Shown here: positions 1 to 13,400 of the stretch, one piece after another
Position numbering within the stretch: the first letter of the stretch is position 1
Layout of the letters: each line of letters opens with the position of its first letter
Assembly: GCA_002633005.1 (NCBI GenBank)
Contig: NMRA01000092.1
Span: 891,446 to 955,445 of the forward strand
Reading direction: 5' to 3'
Source: Phoronis australis
Lineage: Eukaryota > Animalia > Phoronida
DNA: 64,000 nt
The notes under the pieces: model-generated
What the model saw: only the letters and a program-made list of their open reading frames with translations
What the model was told of the DNA's origin: nothing
Databases searched by the model: none
Made by a program: the position numbers and the translations under genes

Positions 1-539
1 CATTTCACAAGGAGGCGGAGCTTGCGATAGGTCAATTGTTACCTGTTAAGACTAAGATAATCAAATGTTCAGCTGAGTTCTGGCTTCTTTCCAATTGTAT
101 TTCCTTTGTCAAAAGCTTGCCATGATCGCCATCTTTAAAAACCTTTGTTTTTGGATCGTGTGTCAGGATGGAATCCTTTGTTTTATTTATTAAATACCAT
201 GAGTTAGCATTCCGAGTTACACATGATAAAACCATGGACCGGATGGAGTACGCTGATTGTTTCAACTGAAAGATTGACCGCAGCTATCTTGACTTATTCT
301 TGTTTGATGTTTGCCTTTTCAGTTTGTCTTTGTATTACGTGGGACGAGTGATGAAAATTTGTTGCAGATTTAACTGTTTATTACGCAGCATTTGTAACAG
401 TATTTGTTTGTTAGTTCAATTGTTATATTGGGTAAACATTGTATGTCAAGTATTAATAAAAGTGTCAGAATTAGTACAACTCACCAGTCTTTCTTAAGAA
501 GTGTTAATTGATAACTACCTGAAGAAATCTGTACAGGCC

Positions 540-1192
540 ATGCTTCTTACCATATGCGCATACATGTGGTGCAGATTGCCCTCTCTGGACATCCGCCATC
601 TGCTGCTGTATTTCTTCAACTCCTTGCAGGATCTAGCAAGTGTTTTCCTGTCAACATGGCAACAGGTCATGATGAATTTTAGCGGATCCAACAACCACTG
701 TCAGTGCCCCTTAGTTGCAATATTTTTTATTTGTGTTTTCCTCTGTATTTTCAGAGTTCTCGTGTACGGATTTTCATGAAATTTTGCAAATAGGTTTGCA
801 TTAAGGAGGCGACAATATATTTACATTTTCAGATGGATTTGTCCTATTCTGCACCACCTAGTGACCATTTTCATTGTTTTTTGATCTGCTTTTTTGGCGT
901 CCGCTCCAGGGATCATTATAAAAATTGGCAGGCGTGTTCCTGCTGATTAGTTTGACTACTAGGTTGCACCCAGTGGCATTTTTTTTTGATTTTTTGTATC
1001 CACATCTGTGTCTCCTAAACCCCTTGCACCCTTTCAGGATCTTTGAGGCATTTGGCAGTTGTAGTCCACTATGATGGTGACATTGGTATATTCTGTCCCA
1101 CCATTTGTCCATTTTTATTATACTAATAAATGTCGCTAGAAGTGTACATTGTGTGGTACAGTTGTGGGCGCATTTAATGCTTTGCTCTTGTT
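540..1192 (+). mobile_element. Degenerate Helentron-type non-autonomous element (HINE), family A copy 1
   Basis: Shares internal blocks (ccttgcaggatc, gtgcccc-tagt-gcaat, ggattttcatgaaa, ccacctagtgaccatttt) and the 3' subTIR gtgggcgcat (1164-1173) with copies 2 and 3. Confidence 0.6.
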
Positions 1193-1303
1193 TAAAAGCG
1201 ACTGAGTTTTGTATTCTTTTACTGGTAACAGATCGCTCAAGGAAATACTTGAACCCGATCTATTTCCTGTGAATTCTAATATGTTGTTGTTGGTTTTCTG
1301 CAG

Positions 1304-1436
1304 AAGTTCAAAGAGATCAACTTAGCATTCATGCGCATCACTGATCCAGAATTTAAAAATGACAAAGACATAACCATGGAAACGATGTATCAGCTGTTTC
1401 GGGAGGTGTTCTTCTCCAAAACAACAGAGCCTGCCG
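1304..1436 (+). CDS. TTC31: TTC31-like exon: KFKEINLAFMRITDPEFK..., J-domain helix III/IV-like
   Basis: Acceptor ttttctgcag, donor G|gtaaat; phase-1 end matches next exon. Confidence 0.7.
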
Positions 1437-4400
1437 GTAAATGTCAATTTAAACAACTACATAACAGAACGGTGAAGAGAGAGTTTTATTTCATTTTTAA
1501 CACCTTTAGTTTAACACAGTGCTACCCAAGACCTGGTGATGTTCTGGTTATTATTGTTAAGGCAGGGTTCGACATTAACAACTATCCCATTATCCGGGAC
1601 ATCCTAAAATTAGGTGCGTACAAGTTGAATTTCTAACCTGTTGTTCAAAGGGACAACTTAAAGTTTTTTATAGTCGTGCACTTAGGACAATCTTATCTTA
1701 AACGCATGCTCACTTTAAGTAGTTTCTGTAACCTTTCTGCATCATATAAATTGCCAAGATTCCTTAGGGAACTTGTCTTCAACCAGTGTTGGGCTTCAGT
1801 CTGTCGGTGTCGCAATTTAAGGGGACTAGCTCTGATTTTGTGCTCGGCCACGGTGGCCACTTCAAAACAGCCGTGAAAAACACAAAAAAATCCAAAGTAA
1901 ACTTATTAACAGCATTACATGATTTGGTATACGTAATGATATTTGCAGTAAATGTTTGACGTCCTCATCTCCTATTATGTGACATTGACAACTAATGGCA
2001 TTTTTTCTTTTTCGTTTTGCTGTCTGCTCTGTCCTGTGTCAAAAAGCAACAATGAGTTCAATAAACAAGTATTTCAAAAGCGTTCTGCCACTGCCAGTGA
2101 GACCTCAGATTCCAAAGGTGTTTAAAGTACAAATAGTTATATATTCCTTCATATAGAGTTGTTCATAAGGACAACCAGTCAAAAAATAATGTTTACCTGA
2201 TTAATTGTCTAATCCTGCTTTGCACCTGACGATCCCAGCATCAAACCTAGTACACACTCACCTTGAAATTCATAATAAAGTAGATCATAAGAGTTTGATT
2301 GTGAGTTGGACTATAGTCAGTTACAAGGATCCCAGTCTTTGAGAACCAGTTTGATGCCTGTTATTCAGTGGAGAAAACTGGTTCTCAAAATGCGGTACCC
2401 CTGTAAGTAACTAATGCCCAGTTACATCCTTGATATTAGCATGATAGTTTTTATGTAAACTAAGAAATATCACATTATGTGTGAATTGTTTTTCATTCCA
2501 AGCTATCTATGACGTTTCGAGTGAAGATGAACTTTCATCAGAGGAAGATGTGATGATACCACCACCACAGGGTGAGTGCACGTGACTGGGACGTGGTAAC
2601 GTAATTGCCAACCATCGCCACTATTGTTAAAAAACAAGCCGTCTAAGGTGGCCTGGCATTACTTTTGTGATCCTGTATTCATTCAAGATTATAAAAACAA
2701 AAAATATGGTTGGTTTTATTAGAAATTAGTATAATTCAGAAATGTGACCCATGGTTATGAAGTTTGACTGTTTATTTGACATTGGCTGTAGATTGGTACA
2801 TACATAATTGTTATTTATTCTATATAATTATGCTGTATTTAGCATATTTGATATAGAATTAACTGGAGATGTAAAATTGAGTGCATGTGGGATAAATCAG
2901 AAAGATATTTTGGGGTGTGTAAAGATCTCTATTATTGAAGTTATCTTGCCGTTTTTCAGGGAAACCGCTGACGCCAGAGGTAAGTGGCTATTTTTTAGTG
3001 GTATAAAGAACATAAATACAAAGACATGAAAAACAAAATATACTCTTACCACACATACGCACACACGAACACACCCAACCCTTCACCATATCCACCCGCT
3101 TTTTAGCTAGGATGTTGTCAGGAAAAAGTTTCTCCAAGATGCATGGTATTCATCTAAATCACCATCATTTAATAAAATTCTTTGAATATAAAATTCTCTT
3201 TCTAATATCAAGAAAATGACAGAAACTGGGGATTATTTTTTACACTTAGATACATAACTATAATACTTTAATTGCAAAAGAATCCAATTTAAAACTTTGT
3301 TTTCGTTAGCAAGCAAGAAATCGTTTTTTTGTCAATAATCAAATCACTAGTAACATACTTGCTAAAGATAGATTTCCTGTCTTACTATTTCATCATTGTG
3401 CCATAAATTTGTTGAGAGGAAATCATTTGCATTTTTATGGGAATGTCTACTTAATGAAAAAGGACGAGTTACAGAGGTAATTGGTTTAAGTGTTTCATAA
3501 AAAGAGATCAACTATGAAGTAAAATTGAAAGAATTATTGGCCAGGAGACTATCTACATTGCATGGAATGTTGCAGAATATTGGGGAGATGCGATTTCACC
3601 CGTAGTGCAAATTATCGATCAGATCTCACATTCAGCTCGGCAAAATTTGTCCATAAATTCTGTTTCCTGGTATTAAAATACTAAAAACGTGCGAAAAAAG
3701 TGTCTTGTTGTGATGTTTACGCCACCTTGTGGGAAAAGAACACTTGATTGAAGAACCGGCGAAATATGTATTGGCCAATACGTGGCTCTCTATTGTAAGA
3801 TGCTGAAATCCTACGAATCTTATCGCTCTACAAATTAAGCGGAAGAATGATGGTAGAACGGTAATTGTTTTAGCACGCAAAGAAGTGTGTAGTTTGTAAT
3901 GTCATTAATTTTATGTCAGATTTTAGTTGATCAGGTGCAAAGTGGTATATTCATACAGATTTGCACCCAGGCCAACTTTAGGTGTTTTTATTTGCATAGT
4001 ATCACTACATGTGTAGGCATAGACTACCATTTGTTCTTGCCCATTACTGCAATTGTTATTTCAAGTTGTTTTTATCTGTGCGTACGGTAGGTCTCTTATT
4101 TAGCACACATTATGGACAAAAAGTGAAATTTTATTTTGTTAAATTTCTCCACAGATTAAGAACATTAGTCTATTACAAGCATGGTTTGTAATGTGTAGAT
4201 GTCATAAAATAACATTTGAGAATCACATTATTTGCAAAAAAAAAGTAAACCAGCCTTTGAAAATTGTAAAGATGTCTATTCTGGCAATTACATTTGTGCG
4301 AAATAAGTGGATAGTTACCGTATATTATTTTTTGTGTATCAGTATTATGTGTACTGCACTGTACGCTTAGATCATGTCTGTTGGAGAAGCATTCCAAGCG

Positions 4401-7400
4401 TAAATGGATAAGTAAATAAAATGTAATCGCAAAACTTGTGCACTCTTATGTTGAAACCAACGTTAAGTGTGTGATGGTCAGCGTGTTCCATCTCTCACAA
4501 AACCTTTTTTCAAGTTAACCAAACTTAGGGGAATTTTGCATCGGGCAGCATTCGGAAATTTGAAAATATAGAGCTCTATGTGAGGACGAAGCATTTTTCA
4601 GAAATTTCTATTACCATTGATTGCGTTAGCGTTATTAGTCCTGCCAGTGGTTAGAAATTCCTAAGCATGCACTTGGGTCTTCCAACTGGATTGAATTTTC
4701 CTGTTGTTGATTGAATGTGGTTTATGTTTCAGGAAATAGCTAAAAATGCAGAGGATCTTATATCTGAAGAAGAAAAAGAGAAAAAGCGGGCTGAGAAACG
4801 AAGAGCGAAGAAAAAAGTGAGTAAGCCTCCCAACTGTTGCGGGGAGCATGTTTCATTTTGACGAATTTCTGTCGTCAAACCCACATTTGAATATTTAACA
4901 CATTGTTTGTCCATTCCTTGTTTATTTCGTTTACTTTTTAGTAAGAGCAATTCACGATGTCACGTGTTTCTTTAAAAACAAAGTAGCTAAGAGTGTTATT
5001 TTTGTTGTCAGATTAAAAAATCATGTTTCGCTTTCAGAGACGTCGAGAAAAGAAAAAACTGGAAAAGCTAGCGGAAAACTCTGATGATAAAAATACTAAA
5101 CAAAGTGACAATGTGTCAAAAACAAAAGAACAAAGACTCCCAGACGGCCATGACTCGTCTGATCCTGAAGATACGGTAAGTTGAACACAACAACGTGCCA
5201 GTCACATGCCATCGAGGGGTGTGCATTGAAATTGGCGTGGTTATGTAACAGTGGCACCCCTACCGACGTGTTGGTAGCTTTTATTTTACTTTGTGCTTGC
5301 TGGTTAGCTGCTGCTCAGCGGTAGAAAATTAAACAGGCTTGCAAATTTCTAACCAATCAGGTGGGAGTTTCAGTATAGACTTATGGCCTGAGTGTGACTT
5401 TGGGGTAAATGCAATCATGCATACCAGAATAGAAAGTGACCTAGTTTCTAAGACGGAACCCCGTGATCCAGAACAAAATTCAGCTGTGACGCTAACTTTA
5501 AACCTGAATGTTAAGAAAACTTCCTTGTCTTAAATGTGGGTGTTCATAAATGAGTGTTTTTGGTTGAAATTCAAATATGTCTGTAGTTATATTGCTTCCA
5601 GCACTAGCCGATTTGTAGGGGTAGCCATCTTTTTGTGTTTCTTTTGTAGCCAAATTAGTGGTTACGCAGAGAATGTAAGGTGCTGAACATATATGTAACA
5701 TCACTGTAAAGTGTTGAACTGTGCAGCGAAGCTGTGTTCTATTTGGGTGCGCTGTAACTTGAGTGATTGATTTTTACAGAACTTCGACGCCAATGCCGCA
5801 TTTTTTACAAAAGTCAACAAGAAAACAAAAACAAAAGGTTCAGAGATTATGGTGACAGCCAACAAAAAGCCAGATAAAAAAGATAAACAACAAAAAACAG
5901 CTGCAGAGCCTTCAGAACAGGTATGCACATTTTTGGTGGTGTACTGCTGAGGTTGAGGACTGGCTTTGTCTTGCTGTCAGAATAGTGTTTGGCGAAGATC
6001 TTGGTGTTGGTTGCTTTTGGTACCTACCTCCTTTCATAGCGCCACCTGTGGAGAAGAATGTTTCTGTGAAATTTCGATGAATGACGCACAAATATCCGTG
6101 TTGGGAAGCAGTGTGTATGCTTCAGTTTGTATGTTTGTCATAAACATTTGGTGCGAGAAATGTATAGTGAATTGTTTGCTGTTCTTTGGATTTCTTGTTG
6201 TCTTGTGATTGAGTTGTAAAATGCAATATGAAAACTTGTGTTGAATGCATTAGTTTAAGTCTCCTCCTGTCGTTGCAGCAGCGACGAACCTCGAAGGGAT
6301 TTCTCAATAGATGGAGCCGTGTATTTATGCTTATCTTGACACCCATGTAATGGGGAACTTTCCTGTATTTTTTTCAACCCGTCGCAATGTCCAAATGTTA
6401 TTGTGTTCTGTTAGCCAATCAGAAGATACATTGCATGTTCCTTTACATGTGTTAGTTGTGGCACTGGGACAGTGTGTGTTCGACTAGGTGCACATGGTGC
6501 AACACCTTGCCTATATGTCACGTTGTATTATATCTTGCAGGTCGAAGACTTGGACCCGATTGTGATAAAAAGTCGTCAGCTTGCCGGTAAGTAGAATGTT
6601 TTATCTAAACAGTGGGGTAATTTGTCATTTTGTCATAAAGTTGATAGTTCGTTGTGTAGGTTTTGGACACAGCTCGAACATGTTAATGAAATGACTGCTG
6701 GAGGATGGAGTGGTAATTAGTATTGTGGTCAGTAGACTTGTAGGATCATTTTTAATGCCCCCACATTTACATATGTGGGCGCGTATTGTCATCATCTCTT
6801 AGTGTCCACGCGTCCATTATCCACTGCGGTATCTTCTTAACGCCTTGCAGGATCTTAATAAGATTTGGCAGATGGGCTATGAAGCTGAGAACAGAAGATG
6901 ACAAGTTTCAGGCTGATCTGACTACCGCAGTGCCCCTAGTGGCAATTTTTTATATTTAATAGCTCTATCTTCAGTGTTCATCTATGGATTTTCATGAAAC
7001 TGGCTAACATGTTTTTATTGAGGAGAAAATAACATGTTCTCATTTTTTAGCAGATTCAACATATTCTGCGCCACCTAGTGGCATTTAAAAAAATTTTCGA
7101 GTTCTTTTGAGCGGGTGCTTCTATATCCACTAGACCACTCGAAGGTGAGAAGACTATGGCTGACCTTGATTTTCGGACAGATTCAACTAGTCTGCTATCC
7201 CCTAATGGTGATTTTTTGCGGATGTCTAAACCACTCAAGCATTTATTTGTCTCTGTATCTTTGGAGTTCGTCAATGTTTGTCAAATAGTTTCCTGTTCTA
7301 TTCTATACGACGATGCCTTCCCATATTCAGATGGGTCCATTGTATTCTGCGCCATCTAGTGACTATTTATGATACTAATGAACACCCCTAAAGCATACCA

Positions 7401-10400
7401 TTTGTGCTGCTGTTGTGGGCAAGTTTCACTGCCACGTGTTGGGTCTTGTTCATGATTTTGATGACATCATCAAGAGAACGGGTTTGTAGATGTTTTCACT
7501 CTGCCTAATGAGTTTCCTGAACTTTTTCAACCTAATGTACTCGCCTCCTGTCAATGAATACTTTCACTTCAAAAACCTCTCGACTTGTTTCAAGCTCAAG
7601 TAATTTCTGGGCTCGAGAAGAAGTGACAGTTTGTTATTACTTGAGACCAGACTGAAGAAAAAGGGTTGACAGGCTTGCTGTTGTCCAATTGAAAGCAATG
7701 TGGCTGGAAATGGGTTGATCATGTGACTAAACTGAAGTTGGTAATTGGTAAATTTCGTGTTTCCTTGTTCCGTTAATGGCGCAAGCTAGCTAACCAAGAT
7801 CATTATCAGGCAGTGTGGCTGGGAATGAGTTGATCATGTGACTAAACTGAAGTTGGTAGTTAGTAACTTTTGTGTTTCCTTGTTTAGTCAATGGCAACAA
7901 GCTAGCCAACCAGGGCCTTTATCAGGACGCCATCATGCAGTTTTCTGAGGCCATCAGTCTGGACCCAAGCGACTTCAGGTTTTTCGGCAATCGATCCTAC
8001 TGCTACGATCGAGTAGGACAATTCGAAAAGTGAGTGTGAATGAGCCCAAAAATGGTATACATTGCAGTTTCAAAATCTTCAAGTACTGAACCATGCTGTA
8101 TGAATAGAATGTGTTTCTGTTATTCGGCCGCAAATTTGTGATTGTAAGTCTGAGTATAAGGAATGCATCTTTTCTACAATACAAAATGCGTGCCTCAGCA
8201 TACTTTCAGAAATGATATGGTTATGGATTTGTGTGAAATTAGAGTAACCTTTTGGATTTGGTTCTAAAAGTTGTAGTAACAGTGTGTGGGCTTATGTGCC
8301 AGATAGCAGACCTGAGTCTGTGACTGCCAAAGTTTACTCGATCATTGACTGGAAAATTAACCAATGAAATCTTGTTGTTTCATGTCCTCTCATGCACCTT
8401 GCTGTGTATGTTCCAGAGCTTTAAAAGATGCTGACAGAGCCATATTTCTTTCGTCGGAGTGGCCAAAGGGATATTTTAGAAAAGGAAGAGCTTTAGCAGG
8501 ACTGAAGGTAATTATATTCAAAGTGAGCCACGATTTATGCGAAGGAGGTCTTGGATTGTCTGACGAAAGTAGCTGGCACAAAGCTTGCTGTCCTATTGGT
8601 TAACTTTTAGTTCTGATACTCGTCTTATTTTGTAATTTATTATCTTGTGTATTGTGTTTTATGTTTTTCCAATAAGGTGTTTGTTACTGTGACGTTTAAT
8701 TCCATTTTATTCTCATTAAAAGACAATCGCTTCACTTGTTTTGAGCAGAGATTTGACCTCGATTCATTTAGCACACAATATGGCTGACACGGGGAATTTT
8801 ATTTGGTCAATCTTCTAAACAAAAGTAAACACTAAGAACTTTTTTTGTTTAGCATTGTGTGTGTAGTTGTGAAAACACTGCTATCATGAATTTTGATCAC
8901 ATACAGCAAAGTAGTCCGCATTTCTGGGCGATTTGACTCGTCTGGTACGAGTTGGAATGCCCAATCGGCTTATTGCGAGTCGGCCAAAATCTCAGCTCAC
9001 ATTTATTTTATGTTGGAAACGCAATCTGCTGCTTATTATGTCGAGCCTTGAAAACAGAGTGGTGATAGAGGAATATTCAGTCGTTTAACTACGTTGTGTT
9101 GTTGCAGCTCTACGCTGATGCTGAACACTCATTTATGCAAGTATTAAAACTGGATCGTAACTGTGAGGATGCAATGCAGGAACTGTTACGTGTTCGGACT
9201 CATCAAATCACAGTAAGTGCTGTTAACCTTCAGGTTATTGTTTATCTTGGATATGTGGAAGTTAAGAAAGATTCCAATTTGGCCAACTTCGGAACATAAC
9301 ATCTCAGAGATTGCTGATCAAGTTCTTATGAAACTCACTGATACCAGGCTTTATGCATTATTCTCCAAAACCTCACAAGGAATTGTTTTTTAATTGTTCC
9401 ACTTTTGTACGAGTGGCTTCAAAATAAAACTCTAAAATTGCATAAAATGAAATAACTAAAAAACCGTAACAATGTTTTTGAGGTTTTATATTGAGCATTT
9501 GCATTGAAAAGAATTTGTTCGTGTTGTTCATACCGTGGTTTTGCTGTCGATTTACCTTCTTCTTATGCTAGATTTGACTAAAAAGATGTGATCACGTGAC
9601 CTAATTATTGGCAGATTGATAAAAGTAAAAAATTAAACTTTGCAGGCTTTTTATTTCATTAAATGCAATATACACTTTCACTGAGTTAAAAATCTTTAGT
9701 TTAGTAGATAATGAGTTTCCTCTCCTTGCTGTACTAGAGGTTCCACTTACAATTTCTAATATTTGGAGGTTGTGTTTCCTGTTAGATAAGGTGTCATTTG
9801 CACCATTTCAGGAGATGGGTTTTTCTCAAGCACAAGCCGAGGCATCGATAAAACAGCACGGCTCTGTACAACAGGCTTTAGACTCTCTACTGGCGGGCGT
9901 GGGTAAGGGGTATTGTGTGTGGTTGGTGCTTACTGGTACAGTAAAACTTGGATGAACAGGGTGGGCGTGATCGAATCAATTCTTCCCTTAACTTCTGCTG
10001 CACTGTAGTTCAAATTCATGCCCTCGACCCTTCAAATAAGGGAAATTTAGTTTTATTGAAGATAAAATCTTGGTGTTGTTGGATCCAACTAATGTCAGTT
10101 TTACGGTGTGTATCAATACCGACACACACACGACTTCTATTGGTTGAATTGGTGTACCATAAATACCCTGAAGGTGTGCTGCAGTGGCTTGGTGTATGAA
10201 ACTTGGGTATTTAATTCTGTAAATGCCCTGGAGGTGTGATGCTAGGACTTGGTGTGTGAAATTTGTATATCGTCTTGTGGGTTGTGCTGCGTGTTTTGTT
10301 GCTTGAGCACATCGAGCGCTGCTCTTTTTTGTGCAGTTTTAGGTGAGGTGAAACTTTTTATACAACCACTGATACGTCTCTTCTGAAACTGTTGAAAACG

Positions 10401-13400
10401 TGATTATATGACTTGTGCTTTGTAGCAACAGCAGCAGTAGTAGTAGCATCAGCTACAGTAGTAGTACACCAGTGGCAGATTTAGGGGGGGGCCATGCCCC
10501 CCCTAAAATTCTACCAGATACCATTTGGCAGTTCGGGTGCAAATTTCTGACTACCACATGCGCACAACCAGGGGGGCTTGAGAGGTTTTAAAACAATGTA
10601 AGGGCCCTGAACAAACCCCGTTTGCCGTTTTTTTTTTTTTTAGTCAAAAGGTCTGCAAACCCAAAAAATTCGAGACCCCTGCATCCCTATATTTTAGGCT
10701 GAGTGCGTGCATCTCCCGAAATTCTGGTTATTCCTGTGCCCTGCCCCCCAACTCAAAATCCTGGATCCGCCCCTGTACACTTTACTCGTGATAAAACAGA
10801 TTAAAAATGCAGAACTTGTGGGGAGTCCATGAAGGACCTGAAGGGTCAGTTGACCACGGAGTCACCGTGATGTTATATTGGCCGGCCAGCCAATTACAGA
10901 CAAAAGAAAGTAGAATCAGTAGTCATGTAATAAAACAAATATAAATTGATCCATTGGGCATGTCAGTTAAGTGGACTTGGGGAATGCAATGTTGCCCAAG
11001 GCCAAAATATAACTTGACATGTCTTCACGATCATGGTGCGTCATACCTAATCCTTTGTTGTTTTGTAGTTGTAGTACTCTGTTCCCATGATTTCTGAATG
11101 TTTTAATATAGTTTTAAGCAAGCATTACCTTTGGCTTCGACTGGCGGGAAGTTGTTTCACTGAGTGAAATCTTAGGACTGGGTTTTTATTCTGGTTCATG
11201 AATACGCGTATTGTTTAACACCTATTAACGCTTGGTTCCAGTAGCCGAGAGCTCACTCAATGAAGTCTATATGTCTGATGATGAAGAGGATTTCCAGAAA
11301 ATTACAAACTTTCATCCAGCTCCCATTTCGGTAAAAGATCAAAAAATGGAGTAAGTACTGGTTTTGTTATGTTAGAAATCCTGTGATTGTGAGCACTGAA
11401 AAGACTGAATTGTTATGTTCCCACGTATGCATCATGCGGTTGCATGATACAGTCAGCTACATGTGACATCCTGCTTCTGTTAGGAACCTGCCACAGTATT
11501 GCATATACATATTCCAGGATGGCTAATTCTGTCAAGAGCAAAAAGACTGGTAATAATCATTAAGGTAGCAAAATTCTAACTACAGAATGTTATAGCCACC
11601 TTAACAACTTTACCAGTATTCCTTCTTCGTTGTTGTGCATGAGGGGAGGCTATCTTGATTATGAATTCGGCTTCTGCCCAGCTGTCATGACTGGGAATTC
11701 TAGATCATTTTGTCTGAATATTTTTGAGCATCCATATCTTTTTTGTTTGCGATGCACATGGTGGGCACTTATCAGTACTCTACATTTCTCTTGTCTGTCT
11801 GTGAGTTAGACTCAATAATATACTGTTGAATTTGTTTGTGGTTGAAGATGCATGTACGATAAACTTTGTTCATTTTTCAAATTATTGCTGAGCTCTAGTG
11901 TTTGCCTAGTTGCGACGCAAGACTTTTTTATTCATTTTTCTGTTTTGTTCCACTGACTGTTGATTGCCACTTGTTTCAGAAAACAAAGTTAAGTTGAATT
12001 CTGAAGACATATTAAGTTGACCTACGAAACATCGTATGATTTTGTTTTTTAGGAACTAAAGCAAACATCTAGCTTTAAAACATTTTCACTGCCTTGTTTA
12101 CTCTTTATTTTAACATTCCATTAAATTTTTCTTACAGCCCTTGTAACCCTGATGGGTTGACAGCTCTTTGGGTCGGCAATGTTTTACCTGAAGTCAAAGA
12201 AAAAACTTTGATGCAGCTGTTTTCAAAGTAAGTGTCTAAAGGTGGCGCTGTTGACCAAAATAAATTTAGATGTGCTTTCATAATTTTAAGCACTACACAT
12301 AAGCAATGCCCCTATATTAAAAACTAGACCTGGGTTATGTTTTGTGAAAAGTGACTTAAGAAAGGAATTTGGTCTTGCGCTCCCACTTCACAATTACTGA
12401 ATAAAGGTTTAGCCAATCAAATAATTACTGAAAAAAGGTTTAGCCAATCAAGTAATTACTGAATAAAGGTTTAGCCAATCAAATAATTACTGAATAAAGG
12501 TTTAGCCAATCCAGTAATTACTGAATAAAGGTTTAGCCAATCAAGTAATTACTGAATAAAGGTTTAGCCAATCAAGTAATTACTGAATGAAGGTTTAGCC
12601 AATCAAGTAATTACTGAATGAAGGTTTAGCCAATCAAGTAATTACTGAATGAAGGTTTAGCCAATCAAGTAATTACTGAATGAAGGTTTAGCCAGTCCAG
12701 TAATTACTGAATAATGGTTTAGCCAGTCAAGTGATTACTGAATACAGGTTTAGCCAGTCAAGTAATCACTGAATAAAGGTTTAGCCAATCAAGTAATCAC
12801 TGAATAAAGGTTTAGCCAGTCAAGTAATCACTGAATAAAGGTTTAGCCAGTCAAGTAATCACTGAATAAAGGTTTAGCCAGTCAAGTAATCACTGAATAA
12901 AGGTTTAGCCAGTCAAGTAATCACTGAATAAAGGTTTAGCCAGTCAAGTAATCACTGAATAAAGGTTTAGCCAGTCAAGTAATCACTGAATAAAGGTTTA
13001 GCCAGTCAAGTAATCACTGAATAAAGGTTTAGCCAGTCAAGTAATCACTGAATAAAGGATTAGCCAGTCAAGTAATCACTGAATAAAGGATTAGCCAATC
13101 AAGTAATCACTGAATAAAGGTTTAGCCAGTCAAGTAATTACTGAATAAAGGTTTAGCCAGTCAAGTAATTACAAGTTTATCACACTCTATTTATAATTTA
13201 TAGAAATTATTTCTGTGAGTAGCAGTTATATGCATATTCTCAGAGACTGCACTTTTGCCCAGGTGACTTAAAATTATTTTTTGAAATTGTTAAGTGGGGC
13301 GTGAGACCACTTTTCTGACTTGGGTGTGATGTAACGTTTCATGACTTTACTTGTTCAGTGTTCATTTCTCGAGCACCACCTTGTTCTCAGCCTTGTTAGT

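Noticed and set aside
12392-13171. CRISPR-like appearance of the 31-bp and 35-bp arrays
   Set aside because: Head-to-tail units with no unique spacers, no cas genes, and a eukaryotic context.
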